Shown here piece after piece: positions 1 through 13,417 of a DNA stretch of 64,000 bases. Both the position numbers and the translations under genes were made by a program. Within the stretch, counting starts at the first letter, position 1, and the number at the start of each line of letters is the position of its first letter. The DNA is from Podarcis erhardii (taxonomy: Eukaryota): assembly GCA_964252035.1 (NCBI GenBank), contig OZ176214.1, one strand, 5' to 3'. The notes beneath the pieces were generated by a model that saw only the letters and a list, made by a program, of their open reading frames with translations, searched no databases and had not been told where the DNA came from.

Positions 1-1531
1 GAGCAGGTTGCAATTTTAGTATTGCCACTGCATATTGCTAAGCTACAGTATATTTTTGTTTACAAAGTGCTTATTAAGAAGAAAAAATCAGCCATGGTGG
101 GGTTGGTTTTTCTTACCAAGAGCACAGCGTAAAATTTCTACTGGTTGATACTTTATTGTATTTTCCCAGAGTCACCTTTTTAAAGGTATTGTATGGAAAC
201 TCTCTTGGGCAGGACTCTATAGTAGCCTTAGTGTTGAATTCTTGTAAGGTAAGGTATCAGAGCACGAATGAGGTGTGTATATTCATTCAACGGTAGCAAC
301 CAATGCACTTTTTCTCCTTGTACAAAGAAAACACAAACCACCTTTGGAGTGTATGTAGAAAAAAGCCTTTATGGACACTTGGGAAGTCCATTCATTCTGT
401 GTACATATGGACTGTATTATGTAATGGCTTGTAGAGTCCTAATTTGTGGTGCAATACATTTTTGATTAAAACTTGAGGCTACTTAATTATCTTCATCTTT
501 CATGGTATATACTTAACTGGTAGAACTGGAGGTTCCAAGCCTTGCCTACAGTTGCTTAATGGAAAAGTTTTTCACTGGGCATGTGGAATTAGTTCTCTCT
601 TCTCTTTTTAAACACAGAAGAGGCAGGCTCTGTCCTCCGGAGAATGTGAACAGCCCTTCTGTCATCTGTCTCCCCATTCAGGGTTAAAAACGCCACATCA
701 CCTTTCCTGCTGTGACTGCAAAGTGCCTATTTCAACTGCACTGCTTTACTTATTACCCCTATAGTCCACTTGGAAGTCTGTTGTGCAGGTTCCTGAAAAG
801 ATTGCACTCCATTCTCAGCTTCACAGTCGATACAGCACTTCACCTTCTCAATTTCAAATTAAGAATGTACTATAATGTGTTTTCTCTAGGCTGTAATACT
901 TTACAATACAGTAACAGGGCAAGCTTAAAGCAGGATTATAAAATCAAGCTGTCTTTCAGAAGTACTCTTGTCTTTAACTAACCTCTAATGGCCACATACT
1001 ACCCTGCAAGAACAAAGGGTCCTACTTGTGGGCTTCCTAAAGGCATCTTAGCAGCTGCTATTATGGAAACTAGCCTTTGATCTGCGCTAGGAAGACTTGT
1101 ACAATGTGTTATTTTGACAAAAGACTCATCTGTCTACCACCATCTTTTGGGGGGAGATGGGCAACTAGTTAGCAGTTTGAGATTAGTGTCTGAATGTGGA
1201 AAATCTGGGTTTTCAAACATATAAAGCAGACTACTGCTGCCTTCCACCATATCAAAATCAATTTCAGCTTCCTCAAACCCAAATGGTACATGATTTAAAT
1301 ATAAAAGCTAAGCTTCCTAGGCAGGAATGTATGGACAACTAAGTGACATCCATGGAAAAAAATGAAAGCTCTACCACATAGTAGCAGTAGGTTATTTTTA
1401 TTTTTTTAAAAAACCTGGCAGAGAGAATGTGTGTGGGTGTGCATAATGTATGTGTTTGGATGTATAGGCAGAAGAGGGTGCAGCCCACTCCCATTAAAAT
1501 CCATTGCTAATTATTCTAACCATCCAAGAAC

Positions 1532-1537
1532 TTTATT
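1532..1537 (-). terminator. ARPC5L: Candidate poly(A) signal AATAAA for ARPC5L
   Basis: tttatt on the plus strand about 545 nt past the stop codon. Usage not provable from sequence. Confidence 0.45.
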
Positions 1538-2081
1538 TTGAAAGAGCAGCAGGCACTTTACATGAAACCAACTTCATACTCAGCCCACTTAGTCTCAACT
1601 ATGTACAAAAAGCTCTCTTGCATAATAAAACCCTTTTCCAACCCCCAAAACAAGGTATTCTCATTTTGCATCTGACATAACAGCTCCCCGCCCCATCCCA
1701 AAATCCCAAATAATTGTTAAATTTAAATTAAAGTCTCACTCACCCACACACACTTGGCTAGAGCAGTAGCTGTTCTGGAAGCAGGTGCTTGCACACAAAC
1801 GGGCTGCCCCCACTTCCCTTCACAACACAGACTCCCCTCCCAGCTCCTGCCTTGATAGTCAGAAAACAAGAATACATAAAACTGCCCCACCACCACCACC
1901 TCTGTTAAAGGACACTGTTCCAAGAGAGGAAGGAGGGACACCCCCGCCTGCCACATACACACACAGTATTTCAGTAGATTGTGGTTCCTAGAAGAGTGGA
2001 CCAAAGTATCGGTGTAGCCAGTACTTCTTCCTGACTCCAACAGAGTTCTTGGTGTCTCAATTCCAGAGAACATAAAGTCTT

Positions 2082-3546
2082 TTAAACAGTTTTTCGTGCA
2101 GTCAGGACTCTGACTATGGAGCCTAGGCCACCTACTGCTAATGCCTGCAACAGGAAGAGAAAGAAAAGTTAGTTTATGGGCCAGTTCAAGCCCACCCCAG
2201 CAAATGAGGCAGTGAATGATAAGCATTTGTGCTCACCCAATCTGTAGAACCTCTAAAAAATGTACACCACCTCTTCATGTAAAACCAGTTAATTTTAAGG
2301 GCTGACTAACCAGGCTGTATCAATCTCTCTTGCTATTTCTTTTTTCTTTTCTTTTTTGAGGTGGGGGGGAGAGAAGAACCCATCAGTTTTCTGCTGACTT
2401 TAATGTTGCTTTTTTATGTGAGTTCACTGATTCCCCCCTATTGTTAGCCCTTTGGCTCTATGAATCCCTTTACCCCAGGCCAGGCAATAAGATAGGGAGA
2501 ATGCTGTGCTTGAATAGCTGAGGATGGGAGCTTCTGCTAGACTTCATTCCGAGTCTTCTGTGCACATGGGATGGGGAAACCATAAGCAAGGCTAGCCTCC
2601 ATAACCCTACAGTTGTAATGGCTTTGGGCAGGTGCAGCTTCTTACCCTCAGGTGACTGAATTTGCTCTTGGAAGCTGTGAGAAACCACAGCACAAGGCAG
2701 GCTTCTTTTATTTGCACTAATGGATTGAAGTTGAATCCTGACAAGACAGAAGTACTGTTTTTGGGGGACAGGGGGCAGGCTGGTGTGGAGGACTCCCTGG
2801 TCCTGAATAGGGTAACTGTGCCCCTGAAAGACCAGGTGCGCAGCCTGGGAGTCATTTTGGACTCGCAGCTGTCCATGGAGGCGCAGGTCAATTCTGTATC
2901 CAGGGCAGCTGTCTACCAACTCCACCTGGTACGCAGGCTGAGACCCTACCTGCCCGCGGACTGTCTCGCCAGAGTGGTGCATGCTCTAGTTATCTCCCGC
3001 TTGGACTGCTGCAATGCACTCTACGTGGGGCTACCTTTGAAGGTGACTCGGAAACTACAACTAATCCAGAATGCGGCAGCTAGACTGGTGACTGGGGGCG
3101 GCCGCCAAGACCACATAACACCGGTCTTGAAAGACCTACATTGGCTCCCAGTACGTTTCCGAGCACAATTCAAAGTGCTGGTGTTGACCTTTAAAGCCCT
3201 AAACGGCCTCGGCCCAGTATCCCTGAAGGAGTGTCTCCACCCCCATCGTTCTGCCCGGATGCTGAGTTCCAGTGCCAAGGGCCTACTGGCGGTTCCCTCA
3301 TTGCGAGAAGCAAAGCTACAGGGAACCAGGCAGAGGGCCTTCTCGGTAGTGGCGCCCGCCCTGTGGAACGCCCTCCCATCAGATGTCAAAGCGATAAATA
3401 ACTACCTGACATTCAGAAGACATCTTAAGGCAGCCCTGTTCAGGGAAGTTTTTAATCTGTGATATTTTACTGTATTTTTGGTTTCTATGGAAGCCACCCA
3501 GAGTGGCTGGGGAAACCCAGCCAGATGGGCGGGGTACAAATAATAA

Positions 3547-3595
<49 letters not shown>

Positions 3596-6500
3596 CTGCA
3601 GAGTGGTGCAAACAATGATGCACAAGCCAGGCACTGTACCAAACCTCTCTTGGAAACACCTTGCTGCTCTGAGCCTGGCAGGCCACACAGAAACTCTTCT
3701 TTCTAAGCTATCTGATTTCACAAAATCCACACTCCCCATCCCCGCAACATCAGCCCACTTTGGGCATAAGCTGTCGTTTCCATTGGAAACGAAAGCAAGC
3801 AGAAACAGGTTTCATGTTGTCATGAGAACACAAAAGTCGTCCGTCCCCAACCCGCCCACTGGTACATCTGCACCTCTTGAGAGGCAAGTATTGAGTATCG
3901 CTGCACTGCCAACCCTGGAAAAGTCACTAACAGAAAGGCTGGTACAACATTTATGTCTTTCTTGCCATCAACTCTAATTTTGTATGTTGCATTTTCATCC
4001 CTCCATAGATTACACTTCTCAAGAGCCCCTCCCCTGCCTCGCCCCAATCCTCATCCTCTTACAGGCAAGAGTGTTTTGTACAAGTGGGCAGTGACAGGTC
4101 ACTGGCCCTTCAAAAATAGACCCGACCTGCTGAACCACGTGGATTAGGACCTCCAAGCTGGGAGAGAAATCACCTACCTTTTCATGCCACTGGAGTAGTA
4201 TTGCACTGCTATTTTCTGTTGGCTTTTCAAATCCTTTATAAATGTACTTCATTAACAAGTCAATACCGTTGCTGTCTAAGGAGTTCACAGCCTGCTCAAT
4301 CTCGCTGCCTCTAAAGGAGGTCAGAACCTTCAGCACCACTTCCTGGGCCCGCTCCTGGAGAGACAGGCAACAAGAGAAGAATAAGACCGCAAATACAACC
4401 CAACCGACACCAGCTGTTTCCCAGGAACTCACTTAACAGCAAAGGCAGGATCCAGAAACAAGTCTTTTCATATTACCAAAAACACACTAGATCAGTCTTT
4501 CCCAAAGGGGTCACTATTGACCTTATGGGGTCAACAGGGCAGTGAATGAAGATCTAGAGATAAAAAAAGGCGGAGGGGTGGAAAAGAAGTTTAGGAGGTA
4601 GAGTTGGGAAGATTTAATTAGGAACTATGAACCTCAGAAATAAAGCACAAGGGCATGTACAGAGTGCATCTCCCTTGTCAATGAGGAACCCCTGTGTTTT
4701 ATAAGATTGTTCAACAGTACTGTACTACAGTACTATCTTTTACATTTTATGATACCTAGTAATGGTGATTAATGACTAATAAATGTTGATTAAAGGAGGA
4801 ATGCTCAGAACCTTCTCTGCCGGAAAAGATACCCTTAGCTTGGTGAGCTTTTGGTTGACTGCTGTTATATTGGTGGTAGCCACTGCTATTTTTCTAGCAA
4901 AAAGGGGGCTGGGACTCACCATGAACTTATAATGGCAATAGTGCCCACCTGAGAGGTGCCAGAACTGAAAAAAAAGCCCTGGTAGTAGCAGGACATTGGG
5001 AAGAACCATGCTCCCAATATGTTGGAGCTGTGGCATCAGGAAGCGGTGGAAGATGAAGCAGAGTACCTTCATTACTTACACTACCACAACTAAGCGTAAC
5101 TGTAACACAATCTCTGGAAAGATGTTCTTGAAGGATTTAAGATGACTCTTGTTCTTCCTCTTCAAGGCAATGTGGAATTTCTTTATGTAATACATTTTGG
5201 ATGGCTTGTGTTTTTTTTAAAAAAGAGCAATACAAAAATGGGGTGCCCCCAGCCATGCACTGGTGAGCAATTAGGGAGACAGGCACTTACATTCTAGTGT
5301 TTGTAACCAGAAGGTCTCCAGATTCTAAGCATTTCTGATTATCAAAACAATGACTTTCTCCAGGATTCAACTTACCTTTGCTGCATGGTTCTTTGTGTTG
5401 ACAGGAGAATTCTGTAAAGCCGCATGGAAAGCTCTGAGCATATCACCTGTGCAGCCACATAAGTCAAGGAACTAAAGCAACTGAGCTGACCCACACAACA
5501 CACACAAAACCAGCACCCTGTACCAGGCCTGGAAAATTGACCAGGGTCTCTCAGCACTCGCTGCACAGTGACACATTAGCTAGACCCAAGGACATCAATT
5601 TGGGCACTGACCAACCCTGAGGAAACCCAACCATTGCCAGGCAGCCTACAATTCACTCTAGTAAAGGAAATGCTGACGACCTGGCTTCTGCCACTACAAT
5701 CCCTAATTCACCAGTTACAGAAACGGGCATCTGTTGAGTGTATGTGAGGCAGGCAAAGATGCCCCACAAGGCACTTCATTTATCAAGCAAATAAAGGAAA
5801 CACATTGAGGCTGGAACCAGTCTTCCAAAATTAGAACTTGCTCCCCTCTCCCAGGTGATGAACATTATCTAGTGCTTTTCATTTTTTGTTGCCCTGAAAT
5901 TACTCCACAAGGAGTCCATTAGAATCTCCATCACACAAATCATCACTGATTGCAAGGAAGGCCTCCTCCTGTGCCAAGGTCAATCTCCTCTACACTTATT
6001 AAAAGAAACTTCACATTATAGTTGACAGGAAACCCTTTATCATCCAAAGCAGAAGCGACAGAACCATCAGATCAAGGAAACCTGACGTCTCAGACATCCT
6101 TGGAACTTATCAGTATAACTCTCCCATTATTACAACAAATCTGATTTTGTTAATCTTTCTCCTTAAAGCTTCTTAAAATGATAATAATATTATGTTCTAC
6201 TTATGCGGCTGCCAGGATACCAAGGAATCAGAAAAGACACCAAGGGAACAGTAGACAAAAAGGCTGCATTTATTATTAAATCTTCACAAACACACTAAAG
6301 ATTAAAAGCGTCCCTTATTTTTTATGGTTGTCTTTACTTAGCTGAAATGAGTAAGACTGAACTCACAGCAGCAATGAGCTGGTGTTGCCAGTGGCTGCAA
6401 GGAATTCAAACCCATACAAAGTTCAAACCTTTCACTAAAATGAATTAGGGCTGCTAAACTTGCAAAGACCCGTCTACACACACAAACACATGCTTCCACC

Positions 6501-9500
6501 ACATCACACAAAAAAGAAAACTGAACAGCCTGCAACCAGTCTCATGGATGGCACACATATAAGAGGACTTCCAGCCTTGAAACCAGTGAGCAAGTAGCAG
6601 CCTACACAGCAACTAAGGCTATTTTTTTGCCTTTCAGGGAAGCAGTCTCAAATGTCCATTCAGCTGAATGGTGGTGGGAGATGGACTAGGGCACACACTC
6701 ACTTTCCTCAAATATACCCAGCACTCCACATGAACATCACAACTCCAAATTTAAGGGTAGCTACAAGAAACTGAAGACTGCTCAACCTTCTTAGTTGGTC
6801 TTAGGCGTCTAACTAGAACATTTGCAGCTAAACAGTAGCAAGAAGGTAAGTGATTTCCTCAATATGCATGAGGCAGTTGCTAAGGGGAGTCCCACTGCCT
6901 ACCTATGCAATCTTCTCAACTACCTGAAACCTGTTTCTTCTCAACACTCTTTTAACCAACACAGGATCTTTCAAATTTTCTTGTACTGTTGTCTCTCACA
7001 AAACAAGTAAAGCTACCATAGAAACATTTTGAGCAAGGTGCTAAAGGTTAGGTTTCAGAACACCAGTTTGGAAGATTAAACTCGAGGTTTTAAAATAGCA
7101 AATACACAACCCTACTCCTCAGCACCACAGTTCTAATTCACTGTCACATCCCAGTACACAGACCAGTTTTGCTGGGAGACCAGGAATTCCTTCAATCTAA
7201 TCACCAAAGTTATACACTGCAAATGAATTTGCAGGCAAGGGTGGAAGCGAAAACCTTTGGGTACAGACTAAATGAGACAAGACATCCAAATATGCTAGCA
7301 GCACAGAAAAAGCCTGTGTGACCTATGCATGTTACAGCATTCAAATTTAAAAGGCACTGACCTCTTAATAAAAGGAACAATCTGGGTTATGTCCCTCGGT
7401 GGTTGGCAGCAGAGTTATTCTGATCATCTTTATACCAGTTTAACTCTATTCATTCATTGAAAAGTTGCAAAAAACAGCAGGGAGTGGAATATTCTTTTCC
7501 TTCATAGGAACTCTCAATGGTTTGATTTAATTCACCAGTAATGGTGATTTCACAACTTGGCAAATCCTGGAAGAACAGCACCCAAAGTGTCTTGTTTCAT
7601 TCACTAAGGGATGAAGAATAGACCCTAAATCACCCACAACACTCACCTAGTGTTAGAAACTCAGATATATAAACTAGGCACCAAATGGCTCCTTAAACCA
7701 AGGTTTCCGTCTCCAAAACGGAATGTCTAGTTGCCATTTTTGGGCAAGATATCTCAAAAGTCTTATTTTTCAGTTTTGGACTGACTATGATTGATTGATT
7801 ATCAGTTAAATATCTGGCTAGTTTAGAGGACAACCTTGAGCTAGGTTAAAAGCTTTGAGAACTTAAAGAAGAAAAGTCACTTGATCCAGGGACAGTCAAC
7901 ATATGTATTGCCCTCTTCCTATCTCTTTTATTAATGGTGATATGGACCATTCATAACATAAGAATATTCTTCACAACTGTGAGCAGGGCAGTGGGGTGGG
8001 GTAAGTGAAGACAAGCTACAATTAATTATAACATTGTTCACTGCTTCAGCTCAGGCTGCACAGAAAAAGCATTTTGGTTTCTGAAATTCATTCTGATTGT
8101 GCAGATAAAATATAACTGATAGAATTCTACAGGATGTGGTATTGGTGTGTGAAAACAGTCAAGAGCCAATGATCCCCAAGCGTGCACCTCCAGATGGTGA
8201 AGATGTCAGGTAGCAAGTGGCCAACAGGCAGGTGCAAAATGCAGCTGGCTAATTTCAAACACTACAACACTACCCTCACCGGCAGCAAACCCATGTTTTT
8301 CAAACTTCACACCTCTACAGGGAATACCTTCTATGCAGATCTGTCTGCGAAAGAACCCCATTCATATCTGGTGCAGAATACATTTGCATTGCAGATAATC
8401 CTAAAGGTTACTGCACTGTAACCATGCACTGCATCACTGTAGCCCCATAAAAACCTAAGGCTGTACATTGCAGGGGAAGATAGTTTGTTAGTTAACCAAT
8501 CTTTCAGGAAGCACCCCCACCCCCAAATTACTAATCTTGTGGAGGGGCTCCTAGAATCCCAGAAATAAGAGTTTGTAAACCACAGCTTTAAACAACAAAA
8601 TGAGAAGGAGTGAAAAAACAATCATGTTGATTTGTAATTCTTGTTATCTACAAGGATGTAGTTAACTTTGGATTTCAGACTCTGGCATAACTAACAGCTA
8701 CCTAAAAATTAAAAAGACACCTATCCAAAGCAGGAACCCAAGCTCTGGAAATTGCTTTCATACAGAGTTCAAAGAACTTCTTCAGCCAAGCAGAAATATG
8801 CACAGCCTACTCTCAGCAAAGAATAACAATATTTAAGTGCAGAGACTAGTGTGTTCCATTTAACCAAGAGAACAACTTATGGAAATCCAATGGCAAAGGA
8901 GATGAAAGGTAGAGAAAGCCAAGAGGTGCCACACCTGGGAGAGTCATCATTAGAAGCATGAACAATACTGTTTCAAAGCATCTCATCTTGAGAATCTCAA
9001 AGCATTTAACACTTCTGTTCATAATTCTGCCATTGTGAGTCACATCCCCTTCATCTCATAAAGCTTATACTTCTGAATCTATGGGGTTATTCTTGCTGGA
9101 AAGATACACATGCCAACTACTGAGAGCGAGAAAGCAAGCAAGCAGATAGGACAAACCCAGCAGCAAATATACTGTTTGAACCCACGAAAGAGCTGATAAT
9201 ACTATTGATTCTGTAACATGCTGGCCTTTCCTGTCTTTTGTAGTGCATCAGCTGTCACTGGCCTCCTTGGAATATTACAGACGGTACAAGGTCACACTTT
9301 AAATACATTATTTCAGTCTCTCAGCAAGCACTGTCCAAGACAGAGCTGCATCAATTCAGCTCTGGTTACATTTCAACATCTTTTTTTTTGGAGCAAAAGC
9401 ACACACTCATATTTTAACATCTTTCTTTCTCTCCTGGAAATGACAGAAGCAATAGCTTCCTGGCCTGTTGGTCTCTGAACTGGACTTTCTGCTCCTCATT

Positions 9501-12220
9501 CCAGAAAGCACAGGCTCCCATTTCACCATTAGGCACAGGCAGGGCTACATTTGCCAATTCCGGCTGGCACGAACAAGCCCGCCCCTGTCACCAGCACCCT
9601 TCAGAGATCCAGTAAGGCAAGTGCCTTCTTGCCAAACCTGATTCCATGCATGACGGAAGCATGCCTCACGACCCTTACGCATGTTTTTAATTGCTTACAC
9701 ACTGTGGAAAGCCGCGGGGTAGGGCTAACCTCATACCACGGTGACCTGGCCTGCAACATCACCTGGTCTCTCTACACACTCATAACCCTTCCCCAACAGA
9801 GCCTGTGCAGATGCACACACACCCATTTTTCAGACAGTGTTTCTGCAGGTATCTGAAGCTCCTCGGATCATTCACACAATTTTCCAGACCCAAGCTGCCC
9901 CTCCTTGTAATGACTAGACACGAATGGCTACAATCAGCAACCACTACAAGTAAAGCAACTTCCAGAAGGCTACAGGCATCAAGGACCAACCCTTAAGACA
10001 GTTCCTTCACTAGAGGCTGCTTCACCCTACCCTGAGCGATTTTCAAATGCCAGCTCCATCCATACCCCTCCCTTTTCAACCTCTGCCTTCTTAAAAAAGG
10101 ATGAGCACCCCTGAGGACTACCCAGACCCTCTGATGGAAGAAAAACGTGGTTATTATGAAGTCCATTACAGTGTTACCTTGGTTTAAGAACTTAATTCGT
10201 TCTGGAGGTCCGTTCTTAACCTGAAACTGTTCTTAACCTGAGGTACCACTTTAGCTAATGGGGCCTCCTGCTGCCACCACGCCACCACCACGCAATTTCT
10301 GTTCTCATCCTGAAGCAAAGTTCTTAACCCAAGGTACTATTTCTGGGTTGGCGGAGTCTGTAACCTGAAGTGTCTGTAACCTGAGGTACCACTGTACTAG
10401 GTAAAGGAGGACTCCCTCCCCCCACTAAATGAAATCATAGGAAGCTAAGGGTTGTGCACAACTAAGTTCTGCTCAGAGCAGACCCACTGAAATGAATGAA
10501 CCAAGAGTGACATGCACATCAATTTCAATGGGTGCAGGACTAACACTGGATAGAACTCTAGCTATCTTATTAGGCAAAAGGAGAGACAGTGTTTGGATGT
10601 GAAGCAAATTCTGCCAATGCCAAAAGGGCAAAGTCAGAGATGAGGTGTTTAGGAGAATGAATATGTTCTCAAGGTTTTCCAGAGTTTCACAGTAGGGTAA
10701 ATGGCTAACTACGCACTTGCCTGATCTTGCAAAGTCTACATTCCTCCTCAGTGACAGTTGCTCGAAGAGAGAGAATGATAAGCAGTGAAGTGGACAGAAA
10801 TATTCCAGGGAGGGGGGAGAAATAAAAGAATGGTGCCTTCTCCATAAAAGCAGCTACAACAAGAGATACAACCAACTCCTTAGAATCTATCAGGGAAGGA
10901 AAGATCAGGCAGAGGAGGAACAATCTAGCACAGTGGCCTTCAAACAGTCAGTACCCATTACTGAGTCCATTATTCTCTGTACTGTCCACACTGACTTGCA
11001 GCAGATATCCAGGATTTCAAAATGGGTTCTGTCCTAGTCCTACCTAGAGATGTCAGAGGGGAAATATTGGACCCTTTGCATGCAAACCAAAGACTACCAC
11101 TGAGCTACAGTCCTTCCCCTATATGGTAAAAAACATTATGAGGTGATCCCTCAATTCACATTGAGCTTAAAGGAGAATCCCTGTTCTGGATAAAATTAAT
11201 GTTTTTTCACAGATTAATACAAAGACAATGGGAAGTGAAGAAGTGGGAAAGATGAAAGCACCCAGGCACATGGGGAGAAAAGGGTTTAAAAAGAATGCCC
11301 CATGAAACAGAGCAGGGAAGAGAATAAAGATGAGAAGTAATGGCCCATATGGGAGAAGAGGGAGAAAGGTGGGCAGCAGAGAAATGCCCCAAAGCACACT
11401 GGGGAGAGAGTAGCAGGAAATGAAGGCACTGAGGCACACAGAGACAAAAGTGGGCAAAAACAAAGAGATCTCCAAAAGAGTACGGGTAGGGGAGGAAATA
11501 GAGGGAGGCTGAAGAGAAGCAATGCCCAAGGCACACAGGAAAAAAAGAATAAGGCAGCTTCCTACGTTCCTTTTTTATTTAGCAGTTCTTGCTCAAACAA
11601 CAGAACATTAGCTTTGCATGCAGAAGGGCCCTAGCTGGATCCTCAACAGCATCCCCAGGTAAGGATTGGAGAGATCCCCCTGCCTCAAACCCTATTAGAG
11701 AGCTGCTGCCAGTCCGTGCGGACAACACTGAACTAGGCGGACCGACGGTCTGACTCTGTATTTAAACGCACATCTTTATTCAGCACTAGCATTTCACTTT
11801 ATCTCTAATGGGGGTGGACCACAGCTGAGTGGCACAGCACATGCTTTGCACGCGAAAGGTCTCCAGTTCAATCCCCAACGACATCTCTAGGGAGGGTTGG
11901 AAGCCTGGAAGACAGACAGACAGACAGAGACACACACACACACCCCCCACACCCCACCCCGCTGCCTGAAACCCTGGAAGGGCGCCTTGCCAGTCAAGGG
12001 TGGGCGTCATCGAGGGGCCTCCGGCGGGGTCGCTCGCTCGGGCCGAGAAAGGATATTGCCGCAACGCCGCCTCCACCTCCGGGCCGGCTCCTCCCTCCGC
12101 CTCCGCCGCGCCGGCCCCGCTCCCCGCATCGGCGCCGTCGGGCTCTTCCACGAAGCGGTTCTCGTCGAACTGATCGATGTCGAGGCGGCGGAAGCGCGAG
12201 GAGAACGAGCTCCGCGCCAT
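2082..12220 (-). CDS. ARPC5L: Actin-related protein 2/3 complex subunit 5-like; complement(join(2082..2144,4178..4354,5376..5448,12057..12220)), 158 aa
   Basis: Spliced translation [24 protein letters not shown]...AALRQ|[24 protein letters not shown]|[11 protein letters not shown]...[20 protein letters not shown]|[31 protein letters not shown] and FEKPTENSS match ARPC5L rather than ARPC5. Phases are consistent; introns 2-3 are GT-AG and intron 1 is AT-AC. Confidence 0.97.
2718..3593 (+). mobile_element. 5'-truncated L2-clade LINE (ORF2 C-terminus, 3' UTR and (TAT)n tail) in ARPC5L intron 3
   Basis: [10 protein letters not shown]...[10 protein letters not shown]...[14 protein letters not shown]...[11 protein letters not shown]...LHWLPV is typical of L2/CR1-group RT C-termini. 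Open to the stop at 3462; microsatellite tail ~3548-3593. Confidence 0.88.
3548..3593. repeat. (TAT)n microsatellite (L2 tail)
   Basis: About 15 uninterrupted units. Confidence 0.95.
5449..12056 (-). other. ARPC5L: U12-type (minor spliceosome) AT-AC intron, ARPC5L intron 1
   Basis: On the minus strand: 5' splice site ATATCCTTT starting at 12056, branch site TTCCTTGAC (5471-5463), terminal AC (5450-5449). Joining CA|A restores the Gln codon and the reading frame. Confidence 0.95.
10169..10394. mobile_element. Tc1/mariner-type MITE (cagtggtacct family)
   Basis: TA-flanked cagtg...cactg termini; same family as 24566-24807 and 36353-36597. Confidence 0.85.
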
Positions 12221-12680
12221 AGCTGAGCCGGACGGCAGCCGGGCGCTCTCCCGAGGCGCCGCCGCCACAGCCACGCACGCCGCCGCCGCCGAGGCTACAC
12301 TTCCCTCCTCAGGACAGCACTGCCCGGAAAAGGAAACCCCGCCCGCCCGCCTGCCTGCCAGGGCGAGGGCGGGGCCGACTGACAGGCGCGGTCAACCCAC
12401 CCTCTGGGCGGGGCCTGCGGCGAGGGCGGAGGGCGAGAAAGAGTGAGGAGGAGAAGCTCCCGTTCGGTCTGCGTCACTCCGCCTCGAGCGGCTCTTACCC
12501 ACGTGACCTCACAACGCAACCACCTTCCCCGCCTCCCCGCTCGGAGCTTCTTTTTTCCCCCGCTCTCGCCCCTTTCCATAGCTGTCAACCTTCCCTTTTT
12601 TTGCGGGAAATTCCCTTATTCCAGCGCAGCTTCTCGCTGCTATCCCGGATTGTTAGATATCCCGTAGACTGTCCCCGGGA
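11980..12680 (-). promoter_or_regulatory. ARPC5L: CpG island / ARPC5L promoter and exon 1
   Basis: Very GC- and CpG-rich. GC boxes (ggggcgg-type, ~12367-12415) and E-box cacgtgac at 12500-12507. Boundaries approximate. Confidence 0.8.
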
Positions 12681-13179
12681 CAGGTGAGGCTGCTGATGCC
12701 TTATTTTCAAATCCGAAAGTTGACAGCTATGCCCCCTTTCCTTCAGTGCCACTTCGATTTGCGATTCGAATTAAAAGTGCACCTTTTAAATAAAGATGCA
12801 TATGCGTGTCCGCGGCCTCAATTCATAAACCACAATGCGGTTTTGTTAATCTGCCTAATCTCTTAATATAAACAGCTACGAAAACCTGATTCACTTTCAC
12901 CTCAATTCACTCCGGTTTCTCTGTTGAACTTTGGCCCTTTTCAAAATGGCCAACACCCAGGTCAATTTACCTCGGTCCAGTTCAACTTCAATTCATTTCA
13001 CATTTTGCTTGTTTCAATTTCCCTCCAATCAGCTTCATTAAAAAAAAAAAAATCCAGCCAGTCTGCTTTGTTTTCAGTGCATCACATTGCAAATCCCTGG
13101 GCAGGAGGCAGGGGAGGGTGGGAGGCAGGGGAATTACTGCAGGTCTAGGAAGCTGGTCAAGTCAGTTTCATTTCAAGGG

Positions 13180-13417
13180 GCCTACAAAACAAGTTGCGAA
13201 CGTGATCCGTGCGGGAGGCACATTTGCAACCCGCAGCACCACATCTGTGCACTCGCAGATTGCGATTTGGCACTTATGCGCAAAGTGTGATTTAGTGTTC
13301 CTGCACATAGGTGAGCGTCAAAACCTGGATGTAAGCCATTTCGGTACTTCCGGGGTTCGGCACATCTGTAACCTGAAAACGCACAACCTGAAGCGTCTGT
13401 AAGTTGAGGTATGACTG
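13180..13417. mobile_element. Partial MITE (cagtcatacct family)
   Basis: Ends gaggtatgactg|TA; left boundary approximate. Confidence 0.6.

Noticed and set aside
3379-3977. ORFs with poly-Ile, poly-Leu or poly-Asn runs
   Set aside because: These are translations of the (TAT)n tail of the L2 element.
11786-12274. 162-aa ORF suggesting an N-terminally extended, single-exon ARPC5L
   Set aside because: It starts at GTG in weak context, and homology stops at the AT-AC donor (12056); the remainder is intron read-through.
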